From contig NC_069115.1 of assembly GCF_025612915.1 (NCBI RefSeq), forward strand, positions 8,239,492 through 8,295,491: 56,000 bases of DNA, read 5' to 3'. Numbering within the stretch: position 1 is the stretch's first letter; every line of letters starts with the position of its first letter. Shown piece by piece: positions 52,343 to 56,000 of the stretch. Below the pieces are notes generated by a model that had not been told where the DNA came from, searched no databases, and saw only the letters and a program-made list of their open reading frames with translations. The position numbers and the translations under genes were made by a program. The stretch is from Crassostrea angulata. Lineage: Eukaryota.

Positions 52343-52469
52343 ACTCGTGTGGGATAGTGAAATTCCACCTCGGGGCCAAGATTCACGGTCTAGGACTCGG
52401 CAAAGCCTCGTCCTAGACCGTGAATCTTGTCCCCTCGGTGGAATTTCACTATCCCACACTCGTAATAAT
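52343..52469 (+). other. Long imperfect stem-loop (~57 bp arms, 11 nt loop) in the LINE 3'UTR
   Basis: actcgtgtgggatagtgaaattccacctcggggccaagattcacggtctaggactcggc aaa gcctcgtcctagaccgtgaatcttgtcccctcggtggaatttcactatcccacactcgt. The arms are complementary except for three symmetric 2-nt bubbles at ctcg/ctcg. Confidence 0.75.
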
Positions 52470-52539
52470 GAATGATTCTATTAATATTGTATTGTTGTAC
52501 TATACTTATGACATACACATGTCACTATAATAAAATATT

Positions 52540-52562
52540 TACTTACTTACTTACTTACTTAC
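52540..52562. repeat. (TTAC)n microsatellite forming the LINE 3' tail
   Basis: ttacttacttacttacttacttac. Confidence 0.9.
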
Positions 52563-54270
52563 TAATCGAATTTAAAAAAACACGTAAACAATTTGTATTT
52601 TTCTCACTATTAATCATTTTTTAAAAATGGGAAAGTGTATTTAAACAATCTAAATATTAAGTACTTTTGACTATGTGAAGAAGGCGTAGAGTTACACAGT
52701 GTCGAAGCACCGCAGTGGACAATGCACTCGCTTTTCACCCCTGCGACCCGAGTTCGATCCCCGTAATCGACAGTGATTGTATGTTACAGGGTTTGGCGGT
52801 CGCCCGCTTTGACACGTTGGTTTTTCGGGGTACTCCCGCTTTTTTCCGCATCAATGAACCCCTCGAGCTAAGTTGTCGAACTTATTTGTAAATCGTTGTA
52901 AAATAACTAAATAAATTTCAGTTTATATTTAATGAGCTCAGAGGCAGATAACATCCTATTGATAGTGATGGAAAATGTCATTTGGGGAGTGAATGAAATG
53001 CATATCTTAGCCTCTCAGTTACCTGTTTCAGCCCATTAGATAATACCTACAAAACTGAATGACATTCCATCACCCGGTGTAGCATTATTATAAGTTATAC
53101 CATCATTTTGCTAAAAAAGAATAAACAAAGTTAGTTGAATTTTAAAAAAATAATTACATTTTACTTAATCACTGCAGAAAAAAAAGGTACTCATATATAT
53201 TCAATTGTTTTAATTCAGATTAAGTATATATACATCCAAGTCCTAGCCCTCGATTAAAAATTGTGAATGTGATTGCATAAATAGATAAATGCTTATAAAT
53301 GATTAGATCGTTGTACCTATGATATCGGTCATTTTTAATAATAGGAATTGTAGGAAATAAATCATGATTTTGATAAATTTCAAACAAAAGTGAATCAAAC
53401 TTAAATTTTCTTACTTGTTTTAATAGCTCTGAATAATTTTTTATTGTAAGGATTGGCATATAGATTTTAAACAATAGAACAGAAAATTATACTCTGGTTC
53501 GTACATACACAACCCTCATGTTTGAATTAAATAAAAATGAACAGAGTGGCTGGGCCTTTTGCGTAATAGATATAATATATAAGAAAGAATATGTATACAT
53601 ATAACCTGACATTGTTAATTTGCCCTAAATCTTTATATAACCGATCCAAAAATTAGTTATCAGAAACAAGATACATGTATGTTGAAAATACAGTTTGCAA
53701 GTAATAAAATATATTTGAATAAATGAAGAGAAATGGAATAAGCAGTCACGTCGAGCATGTTTTCCAAAATGCATATTACGTGATACACTTGGCAAGCACA
53801 TGTAGCATTATATCAAACTAAGAGCAAGTTAACCCCGGGCAAACAACATCCGTAACAAGCAAAATTGATTTGTGCATCTTTGAATAATCTGATAATAAAC
53901 GTTTAATAACTAAATCACCAAAATGTTTTTAATTTTTTTCTAGTATTTTAAGGGTTTTCAAATGCAGCGCGAAACTATTTGTCTATATGCAAACTGTATG
54001 TGAACAATGTGATCCTATCATAATGATCTATATACTTATTCTATCTGGTCGTTTTCGTATTGGACATTGAATGTGATGGGTATTTATTAAATTGTTATTT
54101 TTGTAAATTTAACTGGGTAATAAATTACATGTAATAATTAGTTTAAGAAATTTAATCTAAAAGATTTTCTTTAATTTAACAAGAAGATACCAAGTCCCCT
54201 GTAATAGTTATCGTATTAGAATAATATCCACTTTCTTTATCAAACGATTACATGTAAACATGATTGTCAT
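52563..54270 (+). repeat. Segmental-duplication block, near-identical to 4076-5708. Holds tRNA-like copy 4 at 52676-52871
   Basis: Long by-eye collinearity. Confidence 0.75.
52676..52871 (+). mobile_element. tRNA-like (SINE-type) sequence, copy 4
   Basis: gaaggcgtagagttacacagtgtcgaagcaccgcagtggacaatgcactcgc...cgagttcgatccccgtaatcgacagtg. Confidence 0.5.
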
Positions 54271-55046
54271 AAATGAAATATTCCTCAAAAGTTTTGCTAG
54301 TTGTATATGAAGTAATCAAACATTTCTATCAGCACTTTCCGTACTGTTGTGCAATTATGTATTAAACAATAAATAGTTTTTAGTAAGTAACAAAAGGTGA
54401 CTCCGCATCTGCGATTTTTATTTGCAATGTTAAGTACTCCGGGATCCTCGGCAGTCATTTATTGTAAACCTTTTATTGAAAGCAATGTTTGCAAGAGGGA
54501 TGGATGATTGTTGCCATTTTATACTGTATTGATCTCTTTAAGATGAACAGTTTTGAATAGAGGTAATGAAAAATACTTAAAAGCTAAAATCTAGAGAATT
54601 TTTTCTGTATCTAATATTTCTTTTAGAGTAACAAAACATACCTGCATGTTGAAGGTTGATCTGATGGAAATCATTTTGACGACCCAGCCTATTAAGTTGT
54701 TTGCAAGAAAAGTTATCAACGAAAACTGACATAATTAGATAATTTTCCAACGATCGAGGTTCAATTATGTTGATAGACTGACCCAGTTGTTATCACTTAC
54801 GTTCTAAATAAACATCCACATTCAATACACTATGTAATTTTCTCCCCTTAGATATCCGCAAGTGTTTACAAATATCAATGTATGATCTTTTATTGATATG
54901 ATTAAGGATAACTTTAAGGTCGGATGGATACCAAATGAACGAGTACTGTAGGGTGTCTTATCATGAATATTTGTTATGTTTAAAATATACAACGTCAATA
55001 TATGACAAAACAAGTGCCGGTAATATCTATAAGTCTGTCCTTCAAA

Positions 55047-55055
55047 TTATCTATC

Positions 55056-55118
<63 letters not shown>
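55047..55118. repeat. (TATC)n microsatellite, absent from copy 1 of block D
   Basis: read directly. Confidence 0.9.
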
Positions 55119-55184
55119 CTTTGATGAAAACGTAGTACTCCATAATTAAAACCATCATGAAATGTAACAGGTAATCAACCAGGA

Positions 55185-55399
55185 CTGCGTTTAACAAAAG
55201 AACTTACGACTTACGACCAAATAAATGAATGCTAATTAATCACCAACAAATCAAAGATTTATTCTTACGGCTGGAAATATAATTTTGGGAATTAAAATAT
55301 TTGTAAACAAATGGTTTTATGTCAATTTTGTTCTTTAAAGATCATTTTACGAGACTGCAAATATTACGACTTTGTCGTAAGTTCTTTTGTAAAATGCAG
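55185..55399. mobile_element. ~215 bp MITE with ~26 bp imperfect terminal inverted repeats, inserted in copy 2 of block D only
   Basis: 5' ctgcgtttaacaaaagaacttacgac ... 3' gtcgtaagttcttttgtaaaatgcag. Copy 1 is contiguous here ('gtaaccatccaggaacacaaaacataacaatgtttcac' at 32450). Confidence 0.65.
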
Positions 55400-55612
55400 C
55401 CCAGAAACACAAACCTTAACGATGTTTCACATAAATATTTTTTTTTAATATTTAAATATGTAGAGGTCCATTTACATGTAAAATGGTGATGTATACATAA
55501 TTATCATTACCTATTTTGAAATATACAAATATATTAAAACCACACTCTAATTAACTTTTCTCCACCTATTTCTTTATCCAATCCTAATATAAAAAAAAAT
55601 TAAACCATGTTT

Positions 55613-55967
55613 TAAATATACACGTACAAGTCATTTTTAATTATTAAATATGCATGTACAAGTATTTTGTAATTATGAAATATACATGTACAAATAATTT
55701 GTAATTATTAAATATTCATGTACAATTTATTTTTAATTATCAAATATACATGTACAAATAATTTGTAATTATTAAATATACATGTACATGTAATTTATAA
55801 TTATTAAATATACATGTACAAGTAATTTGTAATTATTAAATATACATGTACAAATAATTTGTCATTATTAAATATACATGTACAAGTAATTTGTAATTAT
55901 TAAATATACATGTACAAGTAATTTGTAATTATTAAATATACATGTACAAGTAATTTGTAATTATTAA
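55613..55967. repeat. Minisatellite, ~32 bp unit (aaatatacatgtacaagtaatttgtaattatt), ~11 copies
   Basis: Read directly. Copy 1 of block D has only ~1.5 units at 32690-32736. Confidence 0.85.
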
Positions 55968-56000
55968 TGTGATATTCTACTATCGTCCTTTATTTACTGT

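Larger units (their letters stand above)
51391..52562 (+). mobile_element. 5'-truncated non-LTR (LINE) retrotransposon fragment inserted into the tRNA-like-containing repeat of unit B. Comprises the ORF2 C-terminal knuckle, a ~650 bp 3'UTR with a long stem-loop, and a (TTAC)n tail
   Basis: The paralogous repeat copies are contiguous across this site ('gtacgtacataat|cgaatttcaaaaaa' at 23010). ORF 51391-51894 encodes ...AQFRCGILPLGVETGRYRNEPLQERYCVLCKSNSIEDEKHFIFQCKFY.... The 3'UTR shares its motifs with the LINE at 1-656. A possible short TSD is 'taat'. Confidence 0.8.
48106..53055 (+). repeat. Tandem duplication, unit B. Interrupted by a LINE insertion at 51391-52562
   Basis: Collinear with unit A. 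Compared with A, B keeps a ~150 bp segment (50460-50610) that is also present at 21630-21780. Confidence 0.85.
54272..55980 (+). repeat. Low-copy repeat block D, copy 2 (homologous to 31624-32736). Carries a (TATC)n expansion, a MITE insertion and an expanded 32 bp minisatellite. May continue past the window end
   Basis: By-eye collinearity with 31624-32736. Confidence 0.75.

Noticed and set aside
1-56000. Prokaryotic-style annotation (operons, sigma-70 promoters, RBS, rho-independent terminators, defence-system cassettes)
   Set aside because: The sequence has spliced exons, LINE, SINE and MITE content, abundant microsatellites and no dense ORF packing. It is eukaryotic, so these categories do not apply.

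Overview
This 56 kb window looks like eukaryotic (metazoan, probably invertebrate) genomic DNA. It is AT-rich, with many microsatellites, transposable-element remnants and spliced genes (GT..AG introns, exons of about 100-150 nt), and no prokaryotic operon structure. It is largely a mosaic of low-copy repeats, mobile elements and segmental duplications.

Genes and gene remnants:
- A small 4-exon gene on the minus strand (38370-39406) is predicted to encode three EGF-like domains, a Thr-rich stalk and a C-terminal transmembrane helix. It sits inside a ~2-2.5 kb repeat unit present at least five times in the window. Three further copies are degenerate (20167-21175, 45168-46138, 48993-49991), and the first-exon region plus 5' half of the unit recurs at 3060-4075. 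The last two degenerate copies lie in a ~3.8 kb direct tandem duplication (44271-48105 / 48106-53055).
- A 420-aa uninterrupted ORF on the minus strand (11136-12398) has no family I recognise. Its decayed paralog lies ~5 kb away at 5975-6990.

Mobile elements and structured repeats:
- Three 5'-truncated non-LTR retrotransposon (LINE) fragments carry the ORF2 C-terminal Cys/His zinc-knuckle region. One has a clear YADD reverse-transcriptase core. All end in microsatellite tails.
- One tRNA-like sequence with a B-box (probably a SINE), carried along in four copies of a larger repeat.
- Two copies of an ~800 bp element with terminal inverted repeats flanked by TA, consistent with a Tc1/mariner-type MITE.
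- Two foldback-type elements made of inverted arrays of ~21 bp subrepeats.
- A ~3.5 kb element bounded by long inverted repeats built from palindromic ~34 bp subrepeats.
- Several small perfect-hairpin MITE-like insertions, a 190 bp tandem repeat and a 32 bp minisatellite.
- Many simple repeats: (GA)n, (TA)n, (TATC)n, (TTAC)n, (ATG)n.
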